A DNA stretch of 64,000 nt from Chiloscyllium plagiosum (GCF_004010195.1 NC_057719.1:26353426-26417425); one strand, 5' to 3'. Positions 53,101-59,416 are shown, counted from the first letter of the stretch. Translations and numbers: made by a program. The notes: generated from the letters alone by a model not told the origin.

Positions 53101-56100
53101 GAAATGTGTTGCTGGAGAAGCGCAGCAGGTCAGGCAGCATCTAGGGAACAGGAGAGCTTGATTTAATGACTTCTGTACCTGTGTTCCTAGATCTCTGCAT
53201 CCATCTATTCTTGCCATGATTACATTACACTACACCTACAGCAATAGTATCTCTGAGGAGACCTAGGCAGCATTCAGGCTTGGGCTAATAAGTGACAAGT
53301 AACATTGACCAGGCAATGGCCAGGCACCATCTCCAAAAATGGAGAATATAACTGACTACTTCCTTGATGTTCAGTGTCATCATTAAAAATGAATATTCCA
53401 TCATAAACATAATGGGGGTTTACCATTGACCAGAACATTAACTGGACCAGGCATATATTATTGTGACTATATTACACCTGCAAATTCCCATCCAAATCTC
53501 ACACCATCCCAAATTGAAAGTATATCAGTACCCCTTCTCATAATGGTGCTGTTAATGATATACACCAGATGGACTGAAGCGGTTCAAGAAAGCAGCTCAG
53601 CACTATATTGACATCACTACATGCATACCATGAAGGACTATAACAAAAATAAGTAACACAAATGAAAGCTTCCAATTAATGCCACTTAGAACTGTTCTTG
53701 TGTTGTGAACCCATTGCTTTGGAACATATTCTGACCGGTAAAAGAAAATGAGAGATGATCATTTCATTAGTATGACTTCCATCAAATCCAGTTGCCTTGA
53801 ATAAGTTGACTGTAGGAACTGAGTGCATGCAATATATTAAAAGCTCTGTGGAAAAAGAAGCAATATTCTCTAGTGTCCTGATCAAAAGGCAAAACTCTTC
53901 TCCTAGCCCATTTCTGCAATGTTCTGACGTAAAATAGATAGTGATCTTCAAATAAATAGTGACATTCCTTAAGAATATCCTTACATGCTTGAACCCTTTT
54001 TTGGAGTTCAGCACGTAAATATACCACATCGTGCAAGTTCAAATTTTAGTTAGTGTTGTTCACAACTATTTTAACTACATAGAAATGCCAGACTACATAT
54101 TCAAAAAAAGCAGTGAACCTACTGTGTAATTATATAACGCTTACATTTTTGTTTCCACCAGAAAACAGCGAGTACAACCAGAAGGTTCAGATCAATCAGA
54201 AAAACAAAGTTGTTCAATACTGAAGACAAATTCAGGTAAAATTCCTGATCTGTTCATCCTGTTGAACTGACAACAAGCGTAAAATATGTCAGTTATATTC
54301 TGTTTAACCATTAAGCTTTGCTTTTTGTAAAGCCTGTAATCCCTCTTAATAAAATCCTGCATGTAAGAATTGTATCATAAGCAGTTGCTGCATAGCCAAG
54401 ATCTGGATTTACATATAATGACAAGTACACAATGACAAGTATTTTTAAAGATTTGTCCATGGGATGAACCCACCTCAAGCTAGGCCAACGTTTGCAGCTC
54501 ATTCCTAGGGAAAGTGAAGGAGTTCTACCTTCTTAGACCTTTGTAAACTTTGGGGTACATCAACACCCACAGTTCCCTTAAGAAAGGAGTTCTAGGATTT
54601 TTGCTGAGTGACAGGGAGGAATAGGGATCTACTTCCAAGTCAGAATTGTGTGGGGTTTGGAAGGGAACTTGCAGATGGTGGCATTCCAATGCATTTAGTG
54701 TCCTTGTCTTTCTTGGTGGTAGAGGTCACGAGTTGGGAAGGTGCTGAATAAGGAATTTTGCTGAGTTGCTGCAGTACATCACCTAGATGGTAGGCACTGT
54801 TCCCATTGCATGCCATGGTGAAGGGAGTAAATGTTGAAGGTGACAGATGGATTGCCGATCAAAGCAGGCTTCTTCATCCAAGATAATGTCAAGATTCATG
54901 AATGTTGTTGGAGTTGCACTCATCCAAGCAAGTAGACAGTGGAAAGGCACTGGGGCGACAGAAGATGAATTACTTGCTAGAGGAATCCTAATCTCTGACT
55001 TGCTATTGTTACCACAGTGTTTGTATGGCAGATCTAGTTATGTTTTTGGACAATGGAAACCACTGGGAGGTTTGGGATTTAGCATTGATAATGCATTAGA
55101 CATTAAAGGGAGATGGCTAGATCTTGTTGGAGGTAGCCATTGCCCAGCACTTGTGTTGCACAAATGTTACTTGCCACATATCACTCAAGCTGGGATGTTC
55201 CTGCACATGAACACATACTGTTTCAGTATCTGACATAATAGTTTTCTGAATACTAAAGACATTCTTCACATTGATGTTCCCCTCCATTGTGTTGTGTGGC
55301 ACTACCTCTGTGCTAAAGTTTCAAATGTATCTAGCAACTCAAAACTGAGCACCCATGAGGTACTGTGGACCATCAGTAGCAGCAAAATTTATTCAACTAC
55401 GATCTGTAATCTCATAGCCAACAATATACTCGTCTTTACCATTATTATCAAGGGAGCAGATTAACCCTGGTGTAATGAAGCGTGCAATAGGGAATGCCAG
55501 GAGCAGCGTAAGACCTATATAAATTTGAGGAGAAAGTGAGGTCTGCAGATGCTGGAGATCAGAGCTGAAAATGTGTTGCTGGAAAAGCTCAGCAGGTCAG
55601 GCAGTTGATTCCTGAAGAAGGGCTTATGCCCGAAACGTCGATACTCCTGTTCCCTGGATGCTGCCTGACCTGCTGCGCTTTTCCAGCAACACATTTTCAG
55701 CTATATAAATTTGAGGTAAAGCAACAACACAGAAGTACTTGCATATCAAACAACAGAAACGGCATGCTATAGAAGGTATAATCATTCCGACAATCAAATG
55801 ATGATTGCACAATGTTCACAATTGATGACCGATACCTCAGTTACTGAAGCAATATATGGAAATATGCAGCAAGAGCTGGACAACTCCAGACTTGGCTGAT
55901 AAGTGGCAAGTAACCTTCACACCACACAAGAGCCAGATAATGACTATATCCAAGAAGATAGAATATAACTACTGGCCTCTGACATTCAATGGCATTACCA
56001 TCACTGAATTCTTCCAATACCAATATTCTGGGGTTGCCTTTGACTAGAAACTGAACTGGACTAGCCACATTAATGCCATACCTACAAGAGCAAGTTAAAG

Positions 56101-56367
56101 GCTAGGAATTTTGGAGTGATTAACTTGTCTCCTGATTCCCCAAAGCTTGTTCACTATCTACAATGCACAAATCAGGTAAGTGATGGAATATTCCCTACTT
56201 GCCTGGATTGGTGCAGATCTCTTCCTTGGTTCTAAATATTTATTAGTCTGTGATCTTTTTTACCCCAATTCACAGCTGGCATGACTGAACAAGAACTGCC
56301 TCAAGCAGATGGGCTGAAGTCGTTAGAAGCTGGTGCCAATGATGATTCAAAAGGGGAAGGAAGTTAA
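1949..56367 (+). CDS. ATXN3: Ataxin-3 (Josephin-domain deubiquitinase); 11 coding exons join(1949-1972,15884-16048,17820-17864,19700-19785,20032-20098,22356-22443,25774-25912,26241-26410,50952-51084,54162-54235,56276-56367); 1083 nt, 360 aa
   Basis: The spliced translation MEAIFHEKQEGSLCAQHCLNNLLQGEYFSP...CNYKEHWFTVRK...WFNLNSLLTGPELISDTYLALFLAQLQQEGYSIFVV...LQRALTLSRQ...LRRAIHLSMQG...ELRRHRQAYFER...SLEAGANDDSKGEGS* is ataxin-3. All exon phases join in frame, all acceptors are AG, 9 donors are GT and 1 is GC. The catalytic C14/H119/N134, K117 and W87 fall at the human numbering. Confidence 0.97.
2187..2735. repeat. Minisatellite: 9 perfect 40-bp units (CTGACTGAGGTGCCTTCGCACCCACCCACCCCACCCCACC, 2187-2546), a partial unit, then about 5 degenerate ~34-bp units
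   Basis: Read directly; it explains the three repetitive minus-strand ORFs at 1990-2627. Confidence 0.97.
3722..3916. mobile_element. Fold-back PLE terminal-repeat element (family B) with a degenerate hammerhead on the minus strand (3771-3805)
   Basis: Inverted arms at about 3725-3790 and 3810-3876 plus a one-sided tail; homologous to 36583-36801. Confidence 0.8.
4030..4660 (-). mobile_element. Decayed CR1 LINE RT fragment
   Basis: The minus strand gives a GVPQGSVL/INDL/KF-type remnant (ORF 4030..4212). Confidence 0.6.
6890..8310 (-). mobile_element. Decayed 'family B' LINE fragments
   Basis: The plus strand gagcctagggcactaccctgagga reads PQGSALGS on the minus strand; similar to other family B copies. 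Confidence 0.55.
8625..10539 (+). mobile_element. Fossil hAT DNA transposon (Charlie/Buster/SPIN, GTF2IRD2-like transposase) with its right TIR
   Basis: Remnants NFHAEWEKEF, TDDAPAM, CIIHQQA, ELSLHAVR (ORF 9254..9622) and C-terminal YLCEAAFSKIKIIK (ORF 10187..10387), with many stops and frameshifts. The terminus AAGGTTGGAGATCATTG is followed by ATCTAGAT, a Charlie-type NTCTAGAN target. Confidence 0.85.
10545..11740 (-). mobile_element. Decayed 'family B' LINE (RT and 3' end)
   Basis: ORFs 11504..11713 (LDTAKAMGPDDI...NPANY..ISLLSIISN), 11039..11224 (VGMFAED) and 10370..10738 (MSAAPTILKKLNTIQDKAA). Confidence 0.85.
11742..14480 (-). mobile_element. Near full-length decayed Penelope-like element (N-terminal region, RT, GIY-YIG, terminal repeat with dead hammerhead at 11778-11815)
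   Basis: WIKNLSDRPFTDTEKAVL...IVILTVDK (13857..14288); FYRLPKVHK/LTYRLAKELQ (about 13560-13680); GTPIGSPISG...WVRYVDNTF (12689..12913); KEEENNNRLLFLDV; PCKNCNKHYFGQ..RKLAIRIHEH and REFLEAWHS (GIY-YIG). Confidence 0.9.
13096..13549 (+). mobile_element. Second PLE fragment (RT-upstream segment plus family C terminal arm) nested in the PLE above, 8-bp TSD
   Basis: LTIKPADKG...LPKIHKPNCPGQPIVS...YLDTILSSLVQKLPTY; TCTTCTAC at 13088-13095 and 13550-13557. Confidence 0.8.
15884..16048 (+). CDS. ATXN3: ATXN3 exon 2 (QEGSLCAQHC...YRIFLQ; catalytic Cys14)
   Basis: cacag|CAA...CAG|gtcaaa; 165 nt; lies within ORF 15872..16114. Confidence 0.97.
16120..16340. mobile_element. Fold-back PLE terminal-repeat element (family D) with a truncated hammerhead, just downstream of exon 2
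   Basis: gtgctggagaaactcagcaggtctg is inverted against cagatgctgccggatctgctgagtttttcca; the minus strand reads GAAGAGTCATAGTGGACTTGAAACATTAAC. Confidence 0.7.
16350..17470 (+). mobile_element. CR1 (HER1-like) LINE 3' fragments
   Basis: YCMQFRSPCYRKNVVKFERDQKRFTRMLPGLEDLSY (ORF 16507..16782); MKFNVDKCEFLHFGKSN (ORF 17175..17363). Confidence 0.88.
16426..16619. mobile_element. Fold-back PLE terminal-repeat element (family C), nested in CR1, 13-bp TSD; hammerhead 16507-16534 has a C3 mutation
   Basis: ATACTGCATGCAG at 16413-16425 and 16620-16632; GTGATGA-A-GGGC-TTAT-GCCC-GAAA-CATC. Confidence 0.88.
17820..17864 (+). CDS. ATXN3: ATXN3 exon 3 (QPSGNMDDSGFFSIQ)
   Basis: tgtag|CAA...CAA|gtaagt; 45 nt. 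Confidence 0.97.
19700..19785 (+). CDS. ATXN3: ATXN3 exon 4 (VISTALSVWGLEITLFNSPEYQRLKIDP)
   Basis: tgcag|GTG...CCA GT|gtaagc; 86 nt. Confidence 0.97.
20032..20098 (+). CDS. ATXN3: ATXN3 exon 5 (IERAFICNYKEHWFTVRKLGKQ; His119)
   Basis: cacag|A ATT...CAG|gtagtt; 67 nt. Confidence 0.97.
20555..21460 (+). mobile_element. Ancient L2-like LINE remnant
   Basis: Degenerate SAAF.TID, VP.GS..P and YVDD-like spacing. Confidence 0.45.
21955..22140. mobile_element. Fold-back PLE terminal-repeat element (family D-like) with a truncated hammerhead
   Basis: ctggaaaaactcagcaggtctggcagcatctgtgga is inverted against tccacagatgctgccaga...ttccagcaat; it contains GAAGAGTCACTGGACCGAAAGCATTAAC. Confidence 0.7.
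22356..22443 (+). CDS. ATXN3: ATXN3 exon 6 (WFNLNSLLTGPELISDTYLALFLAQLQQE; Asn134)
   Basis: ggcag|TGG...GAA G|gtatct; 88 nt. Confidence 0.97.
23330..23640 (-). mobile_element. Old DeuSINE-like element
   Basis: Similar to the minus strand of the DeuSINE-like copy at 33503-34170; highly degenerate. Confidence 0.4.
23684..24002 (-). mobile_element. tRNA-derived SINE (shark HE1/V-SINE-like)
   Basis: The minus strand has an A-box (GCTCAGTGG) and a B-box (GGTTCGATTCC), the V-domain-like core gtggagtttgcacattctcccc, and a CR1-like tail. Confidence 0.88.
24148..24980. mobile_element. Decayed PLE pieces (terminal repeats in both orientations and a GIY-YIG C-terminal remnant)
   Basis: A family D-like arm at 24148; a HLIF...LDIEFNNF-like remnant at about 24430-24485; a reverse arm at about 24920-24975. 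Confidence 0.55.
25774..25912 (+). CDS. ATXN3: ATXN3 exon 7 (YSIFVVRGELPECDADEILK...EIGQR)
   Basis: tgcag|GT TAT...CAG AG|gtattg; 139 nt; its phase matches exon 8. Confidence 0.94.
26241..26410 (+). CDS. ATXN3: ATXN3 exon 8 (UIM1 DEDDENLQRALTLSRQ; UIM2 EDEEADLRRAIHLSMQ)
   Basis: catag|G GTA...CAA G|gtgagg; 170 nt; lies within ORF 26230..26421. Confidence 0.96.
27266..27668 (-). mobile_element. 5'-truncated PLE (GIY-YIG C-terminus plus terminal repeat, family A), 13-bp TSD
   Basis: TGAGAGAACTGCC at 27253-27265 and 27669-27681. The minus strand reads HQLATKQHDQLSLVATH...AREFLEA*HSSTDSINKHIDLDPIY. Confidence 0.9.
27340..27379 (-). ncRNA. Minimal type-I hammerhead ribozyme, intact core (antisense to ATXN3)
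   Basis: GCA-CUGAGGA-U-GUCACCU(AGAC)AGGGGAC-GAAA-CGUC^UGC; stem I GCA/UGC; palindromic ACGU stem III. Confidence 0.85.
27705..28890 (+). mobile_element. CR1 LINE RT/3' fragment
   Basis: VDLMYMGFSKALDKV; LQRDIDKLQNWVERWQMEFNVGKC; LVQPHLEYRIRFWSPH...RRFTRML. Confidence 0.92.
29985..30303 (+). mobile_element. tRNA-derived SINE (HE1/V-SINE-like)
   Basis: GGGCGGCACGGTGGCTCAGTGGTTAGC...GGTTCGATTCC; (TAATC)n tail. Confidence 0.92.
30895..31215 (+). mobile_element. tRNA-derived SINE (HE1/V-SINE-like), nested in a minus-strand CR1 remnant (about 30505-31440)
   Basis: Homologous to the copy at 29985-30303. Confidence 0.88.
31660..32170 (+). mobile_element. Decayed CR1 3' end
   Basis: gaggtgatttgattgaaacatataaaatc (RGDLIETYKI) followed by a typical 3' tail. 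Confidence 0.7.
33503..34170 (+). mobile_element. Old DeuSINE-like (SacSINE-like) element, interrupted
   Basis: A tRNA-like head at about 33503-33580 and a Deu-domain-like segment ...catagcactattt...attgttgtttgtgggatc..gtgcaaaattg at about 33960-34110; recognised from memory. Confidence 0.5.
35700..36450 (+). mobile_element. CR1 LINE 3' fragment
   Basis: DKCEALHFG...; MGDLTEVYKIMRGIEK (ORF 36080..36295). Confidence 0.88.
36583..36801. mobile_element. Fold-back PLE terminal-repeat element (family B): 88-bp inverted arms, one hammerhead per strand, ~35-nt one-sided tail
   Basis: Arms 36619-36706 and 36714-36801 with loop CAGGCCT; imperfect TSD ATAACTAATCTGA / ATAGCTAATATGA. Confidence 0.9.
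36716..36750 (+). ncRNA. Minimal type-I hammerhead ribozyme, intact core (sense, intron 8)
   Basis: CAC-CUGAUGA-A-GGA(ACGUCAC)UCC-GAAA-GCUA^GUG; stem I CAC/GUG; palindromic AGCU. Confidence 0.8.
42378..42560 (-). mobile_element. PLE terminal-repeat fragment with a degenerate hammerhead
   Basis: The minus strand reads GTT-CTGGTAGA-AGGGTCACCGCACCT-GAAA-TGTT-AAC. Confidence 0.6.
42790..45000 (+). mobile_element. Cluster of CR1 fragments, including a young 3' end at 42790-43067 with a (TATTGTC)n tail
   Basis: gagaaacttcttcacccagagagtggtg...gcctactcctgcacctattgtctattgtc, followed by older RT remnants. Confidence 0.75.
46670..47330 (+). mobile_element. CR1 LINE 3' fragment
   Basis: FSLEERGLKGDMIEMYKIMRG (ORF 46923..47177). 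Confidence 0.85.
47538..50100 (+). mobile_element. CR1 (HER1-like) LINE, 5'-truncated, with an internal tandem duplication and an RT-core deletion
   Basis: ORF 48572..49237 (DKSPGPD...WRLANVVPLFKKGGKDKPGNYRPVSLTSVVG...SQHGFVRGKSCLTNLIEFF); ORF 49558..49845; tail gactctatgact. Confidence 0.95.
48116..48421 (-). mobile_element. tRNA-derived SINE (HE1/V-SINE-like) nested in CR1
   Basis: (TTACA)n tail; flanked by AAGAT at 48111-48115 and 48422-48426. Confidence 0.92.
50952..51084 (+). CDS. ATXN3: ATXN3 exon 9 (…TAEELRRHRQAYFER; VCP-binding motif), GC donor
   Basis: tctag|GT TTT...GAG AG|gcaagc; 133 nt; homologous to human ELRKRREAYFEK. No GT occurs before the in-frame stop downstream. Confidence 0.92.
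51430..52460 (+). mobile_element. Decayed CR1 fragment (endonuclease-RT linker)
   Basis: LDLVICN and KSPRS...HLRVL...IPAD*KLANIT remnants. Confidence 0.6.
52945..53308. repeat. Perfect 154-bp direct duplication (52945-53098 = 53155-53308) flanking a 56-bp family C PLE terminal-repeat piece
   Basis: Base-by-base identical copies. The insert is TGGAAATGTGTTGCTGGAGAAGCGCAGCAGGTCAGGCAGCATCTAGGGAACAGGAG. Confidence 0.93.
54162..54235 (+). CDS. ATXN3: ATXN3 exon 10 (KQRVQPEGSDQSEKQSCSILKTNS; position of the human polyQ exon)
   Basis: Pyrimidine tract then ccag|A AAA CAG...TCA G|gtaaaa; 74 nt; phase 2 in and phase 1 out, bridging exons 9 and 11. Confidence 0.85.
55531..55700. mobile_element. Fold-back PLE terminal-repeat element (family C), 16-bp TSD
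   Basis: CTATATAAATTTGAGG at 55515-55530 and 55701-55716; 42-bp inverted arms at 55563-55604 and 55661-55702. Confidence 0.92.
55610..55641 (+). ncRNA. Minimal type-I hammerhead ribozyme, intact core, weak stem I (sense, intron 10)
   Basis: UC-CUGAAGA-A-GGGC(UUAU)GCCC-GAAA-CGUC^GA. Confidence 0.75.
56276..56367 (+). CDS. ATXN3: ATXN3 exon 11 coding part (AGMTEQELPQADGLKSLEAGANDDSKGEGS*)
   Basis: cacag|CT GGC ATG...AGT TAA; aligns to the human C-terminus GDAMSEEDMLQAAVTMSLETVRNDLKTEGKK. Confidence 0.9.
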
Positions 56368-57544
56368 TGTGAAAACTAAATACCAGCAATAACTGTTTCC
56401 CATTGCTGATCCATATGTGCAGCATTCCACCTATACTTCAGCCACAAAGACAAATATATGTGTTTTCACAGAGAGCAAAAGGTTATTTTCACTCTTAATG
56501 CAAAGAACTTTTGTGGTTGTCTTGTGGGATAATTTGTAGTTAAAAGAAAATGCAAGATTTCCTGTTTCTTAACTTCAATTGCAGCACCTTATCTTCTGAA
56601 AAACCCTCTTCATGCACAACCTAATTAAGAAAATTCCAGGGAAGAAATTCAAGATTTCGTAACCAATTAAAAAAACGTTTTTGGTATTTTCTGATCTACC
56701 AATGATAGGACCTAAGAAGGCAAATACTAAAGTGTTTACTTTTTGAAAACATACTTTAACTCTCTTAACTATAGCTTATATTCAAATCAGGTTCAATTTA
56801 AACATTGAACGTGTCAAGAGAGATGATATGCAGCAAGCATTTGAGCTTTGTGGCATTTGTGACGCTTGAAAGTTTGTAGATCTGTTTTTATCTTTGAATT
56901 TTGACCTTGTCTTCATGTTTAATTGTTCTAACACAAAGTTCCTGTTATGCTGAATGTGTATTGCAGAGCCATGCAGATTTTTGCTTTTAAAGTCTTTTGT
57001 ACTTGAACCTGTTCCCTTCGTTTTGAGAAGATCATACCAGGGAACATAAATGTATAAAATGGAGTTCCAAGAATTAGGGAAAATTACACTTGAGTAGTCT
57101 GTGATAGGTCAGCTTGATCTTTTAAAGCAAAAAGCGGGTTCATATCAGAATTTTCACTGGGAAATGTAAAGGAGTAAATGGGAGCTGTGTGTACTTTACA
57201 GATTGTTTGTTGTATTCCTGATTACATAATATAAACAAAGTCAAAATTGCTGTGTATTGAGATTTTTTGTTGCTTACACTACATAGTAATGTCTTTATGA
57301 AGTTAATGAGTTAGGATGGGCCAAGTTTAAAAACAGGATAACCTGCCTTTTCTTTGGCATGCTTTAAAAGTCTTAATCTTCAGATTAAAGTGGTTATCTG
57401 TCCAAAGCTCAAACATAGGCCTTCTGTGTAATACTGTAGTTCCTGCAGCTTAGTACAGGACCAACCAGTCAGGGTTCCAAGCCTGCTATGGCAGGTTTTA
57501 AAGTTTCAGTCAATAAGTCAGATAAGAAGTGAGAATGAAGAATG

Positions 57545-57872
57545 ATGGATAGGGTGAATAGCCAAGGTCTTTTTCCTAGGTTGGAGGAGTCAAAAACTAG
57601 AGGATATAGGTTTAAGCTCAGAGTGGAAAGATTTTAAAAAGACCTGAGAGGTAGATAGTGCATGTATGGAATAAGCTGCTAGAGGAAATGATGGAGGCTG
57701 GTAGAATTACAGCATTTAAAAGGCATCTGGATAGGTATATGAATCGGAAGGGTTTAGAAGGATATGGACCAAATGCTGGCAAATGGAACTAGGTCAGATT
57801 GGGATGTCTGGTTGGCATGGATGAGTTGGACCAAAGGTTCTATATCTGTGCAGTATGAGTCTATGTCTCTGT
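57545..57872 (+). mobile_element. CR1 3' end within the putative ATXN3 3'UTR
   Basis: Homologous to the CR1 tails at 16800-17140 and 60055-60340. Confidence 0.85.
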
Positions 57873-58149
57873 AATTGACCATAACATTTCTGTCATTTAA
57901 AAAAAATGTAACTAGCTCACTAGCGAAATTTTGGGAAATGAACTACCTTCCTGCAGTCCTAGGCTCTTTACTTTCAGGGCAACAAAGGTGTGTAATAAAT
58001 GCAGGCATGTCTTTGCTGCCCATGCCCAAGAACATATTTTAACTTGCTAAGTACATTATTTTCAAGTGCAAATTTGAGCAAAGAATGACAGCGTTTTTAT
58101 TGCATTCCTTCGTTTCTCTCTTTGCTCAAATATTTTGTCTTGAGAATGA

Positions 58150-58465
58150 CTGAAAAAAGGAGATTTTTGTCAAATCTTCATCTTACACTCAGGACAATTC
58201 ACAAGAGTAAGGAAAACTACCATTTATACTGCAGGCGAGGAGCTTGCTGATGCATTGGTAATTGGGCTGCTTTGGTAGAGGCCTTGGCATAGGGCAGGCA
58301 CTTATTAGTTATGTGACAGCCGTTTGCTGCATTGTCTTGACCAATGTCCTGCTCAGAGTCATTCTTCCTGACTTAAAATTTCAGTTGAATTAGTATTCTT
58401 GCGAAATATCCTGATGAGTGCAAGATGAAAAGCTTTGACAAACTGTGGCTTTTTTCAGCAATACT
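58150..58465. mobile_element. Inverted-repeat element (family E) carrying hammerhead-like motifs in both arms
   Basis: Arm 58153-58210 is an imperfect reverse complement of 58393-58460. Confidence 0.65.
58408..58439 (+). ncRNA. Minimal hammerhead-like motif downstream of the stop codon (sense)
   Basis: AUC-CUGAUGA-GU(GCAAG)AU-GAAA-AGCUUU^GAC; core intact, stems only 2 bp; palindromic AAGCUU. Confidence 0.6.
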
Positions 58466-59416
58466 CTAGTTCAGTACCAACAATCTATTTCATTTAAGCT
58501 AGACTACAGTTTTGCAGCTACTGTCAATCATTCAGCATTATGGTTTGAATGGTACTCCTCTCATACATATCTAAACAGTGCATTCTAACATTTGGAGGGT
58601 GAAGTGAGGCAAGGTGGCAATGTAGAGTCATGGCAGACTGAAATATCTGCATCGAAAGAAACACACATTTCTGAACAGAAACCTATGATTAGGCTAAGGA
58701 GGGACTACCCACTTTTGCTGTCTTCAGTTATTTAACTTGGAAACACTGAGACTAATTAGATCAGTTGATTCATCTCAATTTGAATGGCAAAGGCCAGGAA
58801 TGGAATGTCAAAGCTTCCTACTTTGTGCTAGAGTGCTATATCTTGCAGTACCTTTAACTATTGGGTTACCACAAAGATTAGTATTTTCACTTAAGCAAGA
58901 GACGAATTTGTCAGACATTTCTGTAAAATAGTGTCTTGACTAGAATCAGTCCTTGGACTGAGAAGAGTAGCCTGATCACAGTTGGTTTGACAGTGAGCAC
59001 AGTCATTGATCTCCAAGTACCTGAAGTAGTAGGAGGTAAAAGCAAACCAAGTCCAACTTGTGCTCTGGTGAAACAGCCCATTGATGCTCAAGTGTCAAGG
59101 CTTATGGGAACAATAGATTCTTATGTAAGGAACGAGAAGGTGACTCATGCCTGTGGAACATATCTCAGTTATATTTAATGCTTTCGGGAGAAGAAAGCAT
59201 TGAGCAGAAAATGAAAACCAGAACTTGTATCTGTTTGCAACTCTGTGTGTTTTTAACAATGTTGCCTCCAACATTGAAACTACCATAATCTCTAGTATGT
59301 TATATTTTGAAAAAGATGTGGTAATGTGTTAAGTATTCGTTATAACTGTTGCAATATTTTTATGTTGTATTTACTGAAGTTTGAATTTAATTTCTGTCTA
59401 AAAAGTTGCCTGCAGG

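Larger units (their letters stand above)
54530..56220. mobile_element. 'Family B' LINE fragments (minus about 54530-55230; plus about 55250-56220)
   Basis: DMWQVTFVQHKC (minus) and ADKWQVTFTPHKSQIMTIS...ILGVAFD (plus). Confidence 0.75.
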
